From assembly GCA_002503985.1 (NCBI GenBank), contig DASW01000009.1, forward strand, positions 68,995 to 132,994: a stretch of DNA of 64,000 nt, given 5' to 3'. Both the position numbers and the translations under genes were made by a program. Below the pieces are notes generated by a model that did no database searches, was not told where the DNA came from, and saw only the letters and a program-made list of their open reading frames with translations. The stretch comes from Thermoplasmata archaeon UBA61. GTDB lineage: Archaea > Thermoplasmatota > Thermoplasmata > Lutacidiplasmatales > UBA184. Shown here piece by piece: positions 38,370-46,845 of the stretch; positions within the stretch are counted from its first letter, which is position 1, and the number at the start of each line of letters is the position of its first letter.

Positions 38370-39173
38370 TCATTCCTTGCGCAGCTTCCAGATTGTCTCG
38401 AGCGGCCAGGACCGGCCCCATTTCGCATCGGGGCGAGAGAGGTACCTCGACTGCCGTCCAGGGGTCGGACGAGTTTCCATCAAGCGCTCGACGGTGAGGC
38501 CATTCTTCCGGAACAGGTCGATCCAAGTACCGTACGGAAGTTGGAACTCGACCGCCGCGTCGCTTCCGAGGTCGATGCGATAGCTCCCGAAGTACGGGCG
38601 GAGTAGACGGCGAGATTGTCGGTCCTTCGCGCGGTCGAACGTCACGTAGCGAAAGGGGCTCGCGGTCGCGAACACGAACTTCCCTCCGGGGCGGAGCACA
38701 CGGGCGCACTCGGGTACCGTCCGCATCGGGTCGGCGAACGTCATCGCTCCCCAATCGCAGAAGACGAGGTCGAACACGCCATCCCGCAACGGAAGCTGTT
38801 CTGCGCTGGCGCGTACCAGGGGGAAGCGGACCTTGGACTCCCGCTGGAGCTCTCGGGCCCTCGCGAGCTGGACCGACGAAAGGTCGATGCCCGTCGACCG
38901 GGCCCCTCCGCGAGCCAGCGCAATCGACCAGCGGGCCGCGCCGCAACCGAGTTCCAGGATGGCTTTCCCGCGCGTATTCCCAAGAAGACCCAATTTACTC
39001 TCCGGTACCCGGAACAACCCCCACGCGGTGGCGGATGTTCCCCCCAATACACAGGCGTGACGACAGTCGTACCACCCGCTTATCCGGTCCCAGACAGCGC
39101 GGTTGTAGCGAATGTGCCCGGCCGAACCCGCCGTCCGACTCCGCGAGCGCTTACGTTTGCGTTGGCGATCCAT
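38370..39173 (-). CDS. class I SAM-dependent methyltransferase
   Basis: Frame of ORF 38370..39566, ATG at 39173. Motif I is ILELGCGAARWSIALARGGARSTGIDLS, followed by FDLVFCDWG and LRPGGKFVF. The 131 codons upstream look non-coding. Confidence 0.75.
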   Translation of the reverse strand: MDRQRKRKRSRSRTAGSAGHIRYNRAVWDRISGWYDCRHACVLGGTSATAWGLFRVPESKLGLLGNTRGKAILELGCGAARWSIALARGGARSTGIDLSSVQLARARELQRESKVRFPLVRASAEQLPLRDGVFDLVFCDWGAMTFADPMRTVPECARVLRPGGKFVFATASPFRYVTFDRAKDRQSRRLLRPYFGSYRIDLGSDAAVEFQLPYGTWIDLFRKNGLTVERLMETRPTPGRQSRYLSRPDAKWGRSWPLETIWKLRKE

Positions 39174-39269
39174 CCGGAACACACGACTCGGACGTTTCGG
39201 ATAACGCTCGCGGCGGTGGTGCCGTGCCTCCCCACGCCGGGCGGTCGACGAGGACCAGAGTTCCTTGCG

Positions 39270-39447
39270 AACCCAACGCATCGGAATTCCTGAAGGCGCG
39301 AACGTCGGTGTCATGCCCCGTCCCGACCCGGTCGAGCCGGGCGAACTCACCGTCGGAACCGACGCTCGGTTCGGCTCTGCGTGGGTGAGTGTGGGTCGTC
39401 GCGCGTTTCTCACCGGGGAGAATTCACCGAGAGCTTCCGCTCTACGC
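39270..39447 (+). mobile_element. possible decayed remnant of the 3' end of an IS related to the one at 45.3-46.9 kb
   Basis: Colinear matches to the intact IS end: CACCGG (39411-16 / 46808-13), GGAGAATTCA (39417-26 / 46818-27), TTCCGCTCTACGC (39435-47 / 46849-61). There is also weak peptide similarity (RIGIPEG.. vs AAGIPTG..; AWVSVGRRA vs RWMTVLREA). It sits at the compositional boundary. Confidence 0.3.
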
Positions 39448-39503
39448 GGTTCTGTTACTATCCGGGGCTTTCTGACTGTCGGACCGAGGGTGTTACAATT
39501 CGA

Positions 39504-39531
39504 GTCTTTTCGGCCGTCAAGATTCAGGCTG
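39504..39531 (+). repeat. copy 1 of a ~28-nt motif shared by two upstream regions in the island
   Basis: GTCTTTTCGGCCGTCAAGATTCAGGCTG, 72 nt upstream of ATG 39603. It has 23 of 28 aligned positions identical to copy 2, including a 13-nt exact core GGCCGTCAAGATT. Confidence 0.4.
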
Positions 39532-39602
39532 CCCCTGCCCGCGCAAGAGTTTAAGGGTCCATGCACTGCAGTTGTACATCCGTCGCGGTGGGGGGCGCCG
39601 GA

Positions 39603-39782
39603 ATGTCGGATTCGGGCTCAGGCGCGGGGGCGATTATCGCAATCGCGGCAGTCGCCATCGGTGCTACCGTTGCCGCCGGTCTTCTGGCCAATCGAAAGGT
39701 CCCGTGCCCTCGGTGCAAGAACCCTATTCGGCGAGGCATAGCCCAATGTCCCTATTGCTACAGCTCGATCACATGGTCGTGA
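39603..39782 (+). CDS. small membrane-anchored zinc-ribbon protein
   Basis: Frame of ORF 39561..39782, ATG at 39603. MSDSGSGAGAIIAIAAVAIGATVAAGLLANRK is the TM helix and VPCPRCKNPIRRGIAQCPYCYSSITWS is a CPxC...CPxC ribbon. Confidence 0.55.
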   Translation: MSDSGSGAGAIIAIAAVAIGATVAAGLLANRKVPCPRCKNPIRRGIAQCPYCYSSITWS

Positions 39783-39795
39783 ACGGCGGAAAGGA

Positions 39796-40725
39796 ATGGA
39801 CTGGATAGAGAATCTGGCTGTTGTTGCCTACATTTTTGTCATAGTTTTTGGCGTCATTTACACCATCGCTCTAATCGCTCTGCTTTTCAAGATGATGGCC
39901 AAAGAACGAGGCTCATCGAAGAAGACGCCCAAGACAGAGTTGTCCCTCGGCGAACAGATTTCCGAAGGAAAAGTACGGCCGTACTGTTATGTGAATGGCC
40001 CGGAGGTCAAGGCAGTGTACGCTCGATGCATCGGCCCGGTTCCCGAGGAGCGGCATGTCAAGACGGCTTCGACCACTCAATCGAAGCTCGAAGTGGGAGG
40101 CCCAGTGGCGAAGGGCAGCGGACAGAAGGAGGATTCAGAGAAGAACGCGTTGGACTTCTCGGCTCCTTTGGACGATGTGCTGGCCCAGGAGCTGATGGAA
40201 GAACTGGTCAGGCAGGACCACGTTGCCTTCGACTTGGAAGCTAGCCGACCCGACCAGGACCGATTGAACGCACTCATGGAAGCAACCGGCCGACTGGCCG
40301 GGATTGGAGCTTCGGAGATACTCGACGGCGCGAAGGTAGAGAAGCTCAAGGCCAAACTCACGGCCGGCCAAGCAACATCAAAAGATGAGAAAATCAAGGA
40401 AGTGGAACGTGCGTGCCAGAAGGCGTTCGTCGGGTTGAGGGGAGAGTTCGTGGTCGGAATGGAGGTGGGCCCGATTCCCACGGGCGGTGGGACGCCATCT
40501 ATCGAAGCAAGAGCGAACGTCCTCCGTTTGGAGCTGCCAAGCAGCGTGGTAATCTCGGCCCCGTTCGATATGACAATGATGAAACCTCACATGATCTCTT
40601 TGCTGACACCATCGCGGAAGGTTTCCAACGTGATGGTGTTCGGATCGATTCTAGATTGGAACAAAGACCAAGCGATTCTTACCGTGACGCCATTGGTGAT
40701 TGCGCCGAACTGGCCACTGACCTAA
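39796..40725 (+). CDS. N-terminally membrane-anchored protein, unknown family (309 aa)
   Basis: GGAAAGG lies 5 nt before the ATG. The TM helix is ENLAVVAYIFVIVFGVIYTIALIALLF. A charged helical middle region and a beta-rich C-terminal part follow. It lies in the AT-richest part of the window. Confidence 0.6.
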   Translation: MDWIENLAVVAYIFVIVFGVIYTIALIALLFKMMAKERGSSKKTPKTELSLGEQISEGKVRPYCYVNGPEVKAVYARCIGPVPEERHVKTASTTQSKLEVGGPVAKGSGQKEDSEKNALDFSAPLDDVLAQELMEELVRQDHVAFDLEASRPDQDRLNALMEATGRLAGIGASEILDGAKVEKLKAKLTAGQATSKDEKIKEVERACQKAFVGLRGEFVVGMEVGPIPTGGGTPSIEARANVLRLELPSSVVISAPFDMTMMKPHMISLLTPSRKVSNVMVFGSILDWNKDQAILTVTPLVIAPNWPLT

Positions 40726-40777
40726 CTGTACTCGACTGAACTCAGCGCCCTAGCGGTGGAGACTCCGTACTCCTCTG

Positions 40778-40804
40778 GTCTTCCTGGCCGTCAAGATTAG
40801 GTTG
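40778..40804 (+). repeat. copy 2 of the shared ~28-nt upstream motif
   Basis: GTCTTCCTGGCCGTCAAGATTAGGTTG, 56 nt upstream of ATG 40860. Confidence 0.4.
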
Positions 40805-40859
40805 TAACGGGTCGGGACCTACTCTATTTCGGCCGGCGGGTATTGGGGGCGACGAATCG

Positions 40860-41534
40860 ATGACCGACACGCCCAAGCTCTTTGTGCTGACAGGTGTGCC
40901 CGGGTCCGGAAAGACCTCGGCTGCAAATCGAATTGCCTTCGCTCCCGCAGAAGACTGGAACCTATTGCACGCGGACGATTTCATCGGACCCACTTTCGCA
41001 AAATATCCCCCACTACAAGACGCTCGGTCGGGATTTGTGACTACAATGCCGACGAACTCATTCTCCACGGTCTCTGGCTCAAGCTACGTGACGGAGACGG
41101 GGGCCACCACGACGGTGGCAACTCACTGGGCCAGTATTCGCCAGTTTCACACGATTTTCGTTGGTGAATCGGCCGGCTGGTATATGTCTCAGGGCCGGAA
41201 TATTTTCGTGGAAGGCCACATCAAGGATCAGGTGGAACTGGACAATCTGTTGGAAGCAATCCCGAACCGCTACGACGGCCCTTTCGACCAAAAGGTCGTC
41301 AGGCTTGAAGGAGATGTGGATAAAATCGTCCGGTACCTTGTAGACTCCCAGCACCGTAGGCATCAATGTCCAGGGCCGAACCGAGAGGCTTGTCTGCGTC
41401 GCTGGATTACCGAGTGGGGGATTGAAACCTGTATCGCAGATCAGACGGTCAATATCAATGGGAAGACCCCCCAGAAAGTCGCCCAAGACGTCGCGGCCGC
41501 GTTCGGGTTCCTATCAGTCGATTCCCGGGTGTAA
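40860..41534 (+). CDS. P-loop NTPase/kinase-fold protein (AAA_33/zeta-toxin-like architecture)
   Basis: 224 aa. Walker A is LFVLTGVPGSGKTSAANRIA, followed by LLHADDFIG (Asp-containing motif) and NIFVEGHIKD. There is a Ser/Thr-rich insertion. It is followed by the hairpin CCCCCTC-GG-GAGGGGG (41551-41566) and a T-rich tract. Confidence 0.6.
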   Translation: MTDTPKLFVLTGVPGSGKTSAANRIAFAPAEDWNLLHADDFIGPTFAKYPPLQDARSGFVTTMPTNSFSTVSGSSYVTETGATTTVATHWASIRQFHTIFVGESAGWYMSQGRNIFVEGHIKDQVELDNLLEAIPNRYDGPFDQKVVRLEGDVDKIVRYLVDSQHRRHQCPGPNREACLRRWITEWGIETCIADQTVNINGKTPQKVAQDVAAAFGFLSVDSRV

Positions 41535-41701
41535 CGGGTCGAGGCTTCGGCCCCCTCGGGAGGGGGGTGTTTCATTTCTCGCAGGGATACCCCTCCCCCC
41601 TCTCCCCTTATATCGGATGAAACCCTCCTTTCATTGCACGACAGTGGAGGAACGGCACCCATGAGCGCTCGGCCTAAGCACCCGAGTCTCGACCATTCTT
41701 C

Positions 41702-42268
41702 ATGGGAATGAGTGAAACCCGTCAGACCACGGCTGAATCGAGCCCCAACCTGCTAAGGGACATCGTAGTGTACATTGGCCGTCGGGTGAGCCTGAACGGA
41801 ACCAGGGTTCAGAAACTCCTCTATCTGGTCGAGGCCGAGTACGCCGATCGGAACGGAGCTCGCCTGATGGACTATGAGTTCTACCACAATCGGTTCGGAA
41901 TGAACTCCAAGACCTTGGAGGATCGGGTCCTCGCCATGAAGGAAGAGAAAGGCGGACCCCTCTTCATTACCTTCCAGAAGACCGATGTGGGCATGGGCCT
42001 CCGAATTAAGGTTAAGGACGACGTACCCCAGCCCACTCTACCTGCCGAAGTCAAGGCGGCCTGTGATTTCGTTATCCGCGAATACGGGTCGATGCCCTTG
42101 ACTTCGCTAATGCATGCCGCCAAGCGAACCCTTCCGTTTTACGGAACGGAGGATGGCGACAAGGTCGATTGGTCGAGCGTGAAAAAGGTCGACCAGTGTA
42201 ACCACAAGCTTTCGGAGAATGGTCGACGTATTCTGCAGAGGGCTTTATCGGCCGGAGAGGGTTCGTAG
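41702..42268 (+). CDS. Panacea-domain (DUF4065, SocA/GepA-like) putative antitoxin
   Basis: 188 aa: RVQKLLYLVEAEYADRNGARLMDYEFYHNRFGMNSKTLEDRVL matches the DUF4065 core (.LQKLLY......la..g.pl....F.aw.yGP....l). Confidence 0.65.
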   Translation: MGMSETRQTTAESSPNLLRDIVVYIGRRVSLNGTRVQKLLYLVEAEYADRNGARLMDYEFYHNRFGMNSKTLEDRVLAMKEEKGGPLFITFQKTDVGMGLRIKVKDDVPQPTLPAEVKAACDFVIREYGSMPLTSLMHAAKRTLPFYGTEDGDKVDWSSVKKVDQCNHKLSENGRRILQRALSAGEGS

Positions 42269-42291
42269 TCCTGAACACTCCGGTAGCCCCC

Positions 42292-42573
42292 GTGCGCGTC
42301 ATCAGCTTGAGCGACCCTCCATACAAACGACGGCCCAACAAGGAGTTCGACGCCCAACTACTGCCAGATGGGTCCCCGGCTGAGCGGTTACTGAAGAACT
42401 GTATGGATAGGATTCTGAGGGCACCCAAATCCTTCGGGAATGTCTCGGTGGAACCGAAAGGTACGCGGCATTGCCACCTGGGAAAGAGTGGGATTCTGTG
42501 GTGGAAAGTCCACGAGGCGACTAAAGAGGTCGAGTTTTTGTCCTGGGGTGATTGGGACGATTACTTCGGTTAA
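42292..42573 (+). CDS. RelE/YafQ-like toxin (ParE/RelE superfamily)
   Basis: 93 aa. The C-terminal PKGTRHCHLGKSGILWWKVHEATKEVEFLSWGDWDDYF resembles the RelE/YafQ pattern (..eCHi..d.lLiY.v.....l.l.r.GsHsdLF). It starts 23 nt after the Panacea gene. Confidence 0.55.
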   Translation: MRVISLSDPPYKRRPNKEFDAQLLPDGSPAERLLKNCMDRILRAPKSFGNVSVEPKGTRHCHLGKSGILWWKVHEATKEVEFLSWGDWDDYFG

Positions 42574-42624
42574 GGTGCCAGAACCTATCGATCTTGACTG
42601 GCGGCCTTATCGTCACGTTGCTCC

Positions 42625-43500
42625 GTGGTGCACCCCGTGAGTGGCTCCGTCAGGCGCCGACCAGGAGTTCGCGCGACGGCTGTATTGGGCTCGGCCTGGG
42701 TCGATGAGGTCCGCGAGACAATACCCACCGTTTCCGAACAGATTGAGGCGGGGCTGGCCGAGATACGTCGGCAGGGGTTCAACGAAGAACTGGCCCGATC
42801 CGAGTTCGGAAGGTGGTTAGTCGCCTCCCATCACGAGGTCGAGCGAATATACCGGGCCGCAGAGGATGCGGCCTTGAGCATGCTCGTCGATAAGTGGGTC
42901 GCGAGTGCGACTCCACCCACCCCCACGGAGAACTTCCAAGAATGGCTTCGGTCGTTTCTGTCCCGAGCGGCGCGGGATTTTACCGCCTTCGAGTTTCGAG
43001 CGGGTCAGGCGAGAAAGTCTCGCGCTGGGTCGGTCTGGGAGAGGCTGGGGGGCTTCTTTCTTGAATGGAATGGCATTCACTCCGAGAAGCCCACAGGAAA
43101 GGCCGCACGGAAGCTACGCCAGATTGACAAAGTGGTCCCATCGGTGCTCGTCGCACTCACTACCCCCGACCGGGCCATTCGACTTAGCTTCAAGACAGAA
43201 GCCAGGGAAAAGTGGCGGGTCCTAATCGATGAGGGCAGGCGCGGATACGTGTACTTGGTTACTCTCGGCGACGACATCACGCCCGACCGGCTGGAAGAAA
43301 TGGCTGATACCCGTCTGGTCGCCTTCGTTCCCAAGAGCGTCAAAGAGGGAAGATCGGAATTCAGAGACAACCCGTCTATCCGTGTGCTTGACGAGCTGGT
43401 CGCCGAAGTGCGGCGATACGATTCTGCCGGGCCTCCTCCGACACCACCGCAGCAAATCCCCACCGGGGTCCGCCCCGCTCGGGTTCGAAAGCTCGATTAG
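42625..43500 (+). CDS. putative type II restriction endonuclease
   Basis: 291 aa, start uncertain (several GTG/TTG). FRAGQARKSRAGSVWERLGGFFL followed by QIDKVVP...SFKTEAREKW resembles the R.G...E helper plus PD-(D/E)xK blocks of several type II enzymes. It is convergent with, and overlaps by 4 nt, a DNA methyltransferase gene. Confidence 0.5.
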   Translation: MVHPVSGSVRRRPGVRATAVLGSAWVDEVRETIPTVSEQIEAGLAEIRRQGFNEELARSEFGRWLVASHHEVERIYRAAEDAALSMLVDKWVASATPPTPTENFQEWLRSFLSRAARDFTAFEFRAGQARKSRAGSVWERLGGFFLEWNGIHSEKPTGKAARKLRQIDKVVPSVLVALTTPDRAIRLSFKTEAREKWRVLIDEGRRGYVYLVTLGDDITPDRLEEMADTRLVAFVPKSVKEGRSEFRDNPSIRVLDELVAEVRRYDSAGPPPTPPQQIPTGVRPARVRKLD

Positions 43501-44795
43501 TTTCTGGGCCGATTGAATATCAGAACGTACTCGTTCGCCATCGTCTCCCCAAGCTGCCCCGGAATGTTGCTCGGGGAGTTTCGGAGCGGCATGACCTTGT
43601 TAGGAATGCCTCGGACGATCGTCTCCTCGTGGACCAAGCCGCATTCATGCTCGAACAATTCAGACAGGATCACGTCGGTTTCGAGGCGGACCCCCTTGAC
43701 GGTTCGATTGCCCACAACGACGCATGCCCTCCCGCCCGGAGCGAGTTTGCCAGCGACCCATCGAAAAGCCCCGCAGAGGTCCACATAGAACGATAGGACG
43801 TCTCGCGCACGCGCCGGGTCCTTCGCCCGAATATCGGTAAGGTGACGGTCCAAGGTTGGAGAGTCGGGTCGGGGGGTCAGCTCTGCTGCGGGTCGGCCTC
43901 CCAAGGATTCCCGGTCGGTTCGGTTCACGGTGGCCCTGTCGTAGCCAAGCCAACTGAGGGAGAGGCTGGAGTACTGGCCGTACGCGACTGTTGTCCGGCT
44001 GTCTCCATAAGGGGGAGAGGTAACGATTAGGTCGTAGGTCCCGTTCGGGAGAGCCGCCGGGTCGCGCGTGTCGCCCAGTACGACGTTTGCCGTTGGGACT
44101 CCTTTCGGAAGACGGGACACAAAGTCACCCATCTTCTCCCGGTTGTGAACGACAACACTTGCGAATGAGCCGAGCACGGACGGACGCCAATCCTTGCGCT
44201 TTTCCTCCGGCATCCGATAGGTCTTGTACTCGTCCTTCCGAGTCCACGACACGAACCGAGCGGTTTCGGCAAAGCATGCCTCAAAGAACCGGCGCAGTTC
44301 CTCGGATTCGGTGGCGAGAATCGCCGCGCGCAGACGTGAGAGTTCGGCGACAGATCGGGCGGAGTACCAGAAACTGAGGTTCTGGATATCCACGTTCGCA
44401 GGTGCGGATGTGATCTCGTCGTACCGTCTCAATATGGCCTGATGCTCGACCCGGATGGCGCGGTCGGTCAGCGGCGTAGTTTTGGCTCGGGCGAGGAGCA
44501 CCGCCAGCGGATTCAGATCAACGCCGACGGCGGTCATGCCGTGAAGCATTCCCTCTACGAGTGCCGAGCCGGACCCGCAGAACGGGTCCAAGAGTCGCCC
44601 TCCGTTCTTAATGGGGGAGTACTCGTCTATCAGCCTTCTGACGACAGGGGCAACCATCATCGCCGGATAGCGATAGATTCCGTGAGTGGCGTACTTGGTG
44701 TCCTCACCCCGGAAGTCCCACGAAGGGTCGGCCCGACGAAGCCGACGAGGGTCGGATTCAAGCGAGGCCGGGGCACGCGCGAGCGACTGTGCCAC
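43497..44795 (-). CDS. N6-adenine/N4-cytosine DNA methyltransferase
   Basis: 432 aa. The AdoMet motif is LLDPFCGSGSALVEG and the catalytic motif is LIVTSPPYGDS about 180 aa later. GTG start. Confidence 0.75.
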   Translation of the reverse strand: MAQSLARAPASLESDPRRLRRADPSWDFRGEDTKYATHGIYRYPAMMVAPVVRRLIDEYSPIKNGGRLLDPFCGSGSALVEGMLHGMTAVGVDLNPLAVLLARAKTTPLTDRAIRVEHQAILRRYDEITSAPANVDIQNLSFWYSARSVAELSRLRAAILATESEELRRFFEACFAETARFVSWTRKDEYKTYRMPEEKRKDWRPSVLGSFASVVVHNREKMGDFVSRLPKGVPTANVVLGDTRDPAALPNGTYDLIVTSPPYGDSRTTVAYGQYSSLSLSWLGYDRATVNRTDRESLGGRPAAELTPRPDSPTLDRHLTDIRAKDPARARDVLSFYVDLCGAFRWVAGKLAPGGRACVVVGNRTVKGVRLETDVILSELFEHECGLVHEETIVRGIPNKVMPLRNSPSNIPGQLGETMANEYVLIFNRPRN

Positions 44796-45079
44796 TATCC
44801 TACCCCCACCCCTCCATTTCGAGTGGAGACTGGAGCAACCTTCTTGCGAGGGGTATCGGGCGGGATAGGGTAGACCCGTTTCATCTGACCCTCTATCGCG
44901 ATTCGGACCTTTCCGTCGGCTTCGAGTTGGCCGATGTACCGGCCGACAGTCTGTCGGCTGTGATTCAGTTCTCTTGCGATCTTCTCGGACCAGGTTCCTT
45001 CGGGATGTAGTTGGACGTAGTCGAGGATTTCCTTCTCCATCGTGCGGTTTCCCATCCGTCTCGGTTCGTCCGTAGCCAT
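44795..45079 (-). CDS. small winged-helix DNA-binding protein (possible R-M controller)
   Basis: 94 aa: EKEILDYVQLHPEGTWSEKIARELNHSRQTVGRYIGQLEADGKV. Its stop overlaps the methyltransferase GTG by 1 nt. Confidence 0.6.
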   Translation of the reverse strand: MATDEPRRMGNRTMEKEILDYVQLHPEGTWSEKIARELNHSRQTVGRYIGQLEADGKVRIAIEGQMKRVYPIPPDTPRKKVAPVSTRNGGVGVG

Positions 45080-45145
45080 TCGTGGAATGGTTCGGGCGCC
45101 CCGATTGGATTATCCTATCGGCGCAACTGAAGCGAATGACCGTTA

Positions 45146-45179
45146 TAACGATATGCCTGTCGGATTAACGGATATGCCT
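45146..45179. promoter_or_regulatory. direct repeat TAACG(G)ATATGCCT x2, candidate operator upstream of the wHTH-methylase operon
   Basis: TAACGATATGCCT (45146-45158) and TAACGGATATGCCT (45166-45179) start 20 nt apart. They lie 67-100 nt upstream of the wHTH ATG (45077-45079). A TATA-like GATAGGATAAT (minus strand, about 45108-45118) lies between them and the gene. Confidence 0.35.
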
Positions 45180-45213
45180 AAAGGGGTAGGGGCATGGAAG
45201 TGGGCAGAGGACT

Positions 45214-46845
45214 GTGATGAACTCCGAACGTCGGGGTCGTACTCAGCCGCGCTTGGAAGATTTTGACAGCCGTCCCTTCGACGTTTCAGAGCGGACGGAG
45301 ACCTTCCCCGTTCGCGGCTCCACCGACCATATGAGAGAGGTTCCTTCCCTCGCACCTAGGATCGCCGCCACCACTTGCGGGATCGTGGCGTGTACCGACG
45401 AGGACCCGGGCTGCGTCCGTATCACCCGGGACGAATACTCACCGACCGAGGACTCCGGTTTCTCCGACATGCCTACTACGGCAGTAGGTGGCCGCCTATA
45501 TCAACTTGCTCTAAACGTTGGGGTGCAGATTGGCCAAAGTCTTAAGTATGGGAGGGCCTCTACTATTAGACAAGGCATTAGACAACGCCTGAGGAGAAAG
45601 AGGATGACGGAAGCGGCAGAACGAATGAGCGAGGCCGACTGGTGGCGCTCGCACTCTTGGACAGACCAGAGAACGCCGGCGCTCGCCATCGTCGCGAGGG
45701 GAGACCAAATCCGGACGCTCGACCCAGCGACCTACTCCGTGCGATCACAGAGCCATCCCGAGGAGGCGCACACCGTCTCGCAGGAAGGTGGCCGGTGGTC
45801 GTGTGACTGTGCCTTCTTCTCGTCGGCCCGGATGACGTGCATTCACATTCTCGCGGTGCGATTCAGGAATGGACTCCAGGAGAACGCGCCGACCCATAGC
45901 GTGCCTGCGGTGGTCTGCGAGTCCTGTCGGTCAACGGATGTAATCCGCAAGGGTGTGCGCCGAAACAAGAGCGGCGATGTGATGCTCTACCTCTGTTCGA
46001 CGTGCGGTCGCCGGTTCGCCGGGCGCGAGGGCTTCCACAACCGCCGGGCCGACCCGGAGAAGATTGCCCTGGCCCTCGACCTCTACTTCCGCGGCATGAG
46101 CGTGCGAAAGATTCAGGAGCATTTCCGGCAGGTCCACCAACTCAAGGTTAGCCACGTCACCGTCTACCGCTGGGTCGCGCACTTCGGGAAGATCGCAGCC
46201 GAATGGATGGACGCTCAGGGGGCCCGGACCTCGGACCGCTGGCACGTCGACGAGACGGTGGTCGGAGTGAATGGAATTAACAAGTATCTCTGGAATGTTT
46301 TGGATCATGAAACGCGGTTCCTCCTGGCCACCCATGTCAGCCGGGGCCGGAACCTCAAGGATACCCGCGCCCCGCTTCACAAGGCCAAGGAGGCGACTCC
46401 CGACCGCCCGGTGGATGTCCTGACCGATGGGATGCAGACCTACCCCGAGGCCGTCAGTAAGGAACTCGGCCGGAGGGCCACTCCGTTCGACGACCCGAGG
46501 CTCGTCCGCAGAGGGTGGTTCAGCCCGCACCGGAGGGTTCCGAGCATCCGGGCCAAAGAGTCAAACAACCGCATCGAGCGGTTCCACGGCACGGAGAAGG
46601 AGCGGGTCAAGGTCATGCGAGGGTTCGACAACGACGGAGGAACGTCGGCGCTCATGGAGGGTTTCCGGGCGCACTACAATTTGGTCAAGGATCACCAAAC
46701 GCTGGGAATGACGCCCGGCGAAGCGGCAGGAATTCCGACGGGCGATGGGTTCCGTTGGATGACGGTTCTCAGGGAAGCGACGAAGACCGGAAAGACGCGA
46801 AATGTAACACCGGTCGAGGAGAATTCAGAAGACCCGAAATCGTAA
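45214..46845 (+). CDS. IS6-family (IS240-type DDE) transposase with N-terminal SWIM zinc finger and zinc ribbon
   Basis: SWIM is CDCAFFSSARMTCIHILAV. The ribbon is CESCRS...CSTCGRRF. The DDE core is WHVDETVVGVNGINKYLWNVLDHETRF...DVLTDGMQTYPEA...SNNRIERFHGTEKERVKVMRGF (compare IS26 VDETY..V.G...YL.RAID...NN.IE..HR.IK). The true start is probably internal (ATG 45331 or 45604) if the left IS end is at 45281. Confidence 0.8.
   Translation: MMNSERRGRTQPRLEDFDSRPFDVSERTETFPVRGSTDHMREVPSLAPRIAATTCGIVACTDEDPGCVRITRDEYSPTEDSGFSDMPTTAVGGRLYQLALNVGVQIGQSLKYGRASTIRQGIRQRLRRKRMTEAAERMSEADWWRSHSWTDQRTPALAIVARGDQIRTLDPATYSVRSQSHPEEAHTVSQEGGRWSCDCAFFSSARMTCIHILAVRFRNGLQENAPTHSVPAVVCESCRSTDVIRKGVRRNKSGDVMLYLCSTCGRRFAGREGFHNRRADPEKIALALDLYFRGMSVRKIQEHFRQVHQLKVSHVTVYRWVAHFGKIAAEWMDAQGARTSDRWHVDETVVGVNGINKYLWNVLDHETRFLLATHVSRGRNLKDTRAPLHKAKEATPDRPVDVLTDGMQTYPEAVSKELGRRATPFDDPRLVRRGWFSPHRRVPSIRAKESNNRIERFHGTEKERVKVMRGFDNDGGTSALMEGFRAHYNLVKDHQTLGMTPGEAAGIPTGDGFRWMTVLREATKTGKTRNVTPVEENSEDPKS

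Noticed and set aside
39174-39566. N-terminal 131 codons of the 398-aa ORF containing the SAM methyltransferase.
   Set aside because: The methyltransferase fold starts after the internal ATG at 39173. The upstream translation is junk-like and spans the compositional boundary and the putative IS remnant.
40802-41538. 12-nt exact repeat TGTAACGGGTCG at 40802-40813 and 41527-41538, with a weaker relative at 39491.
   Set aside because: On the order of a hundred exact 12-mer pairs are expected by chance in 64 kb. One copy overlaps a stop codon and there is no flanking similarity.
45107-45118. GGATTATCCTAT considered as the left terminal repeat of the IS, against GGAGAATCGTAC at the right side.
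   Set aside because: Only 8 of 12 positions match. The sequence is better explained as the TATA-like element about 30-40 nt upstream of the wHTH gene start. A better inverted match exists at 45281 / 46850-46867.
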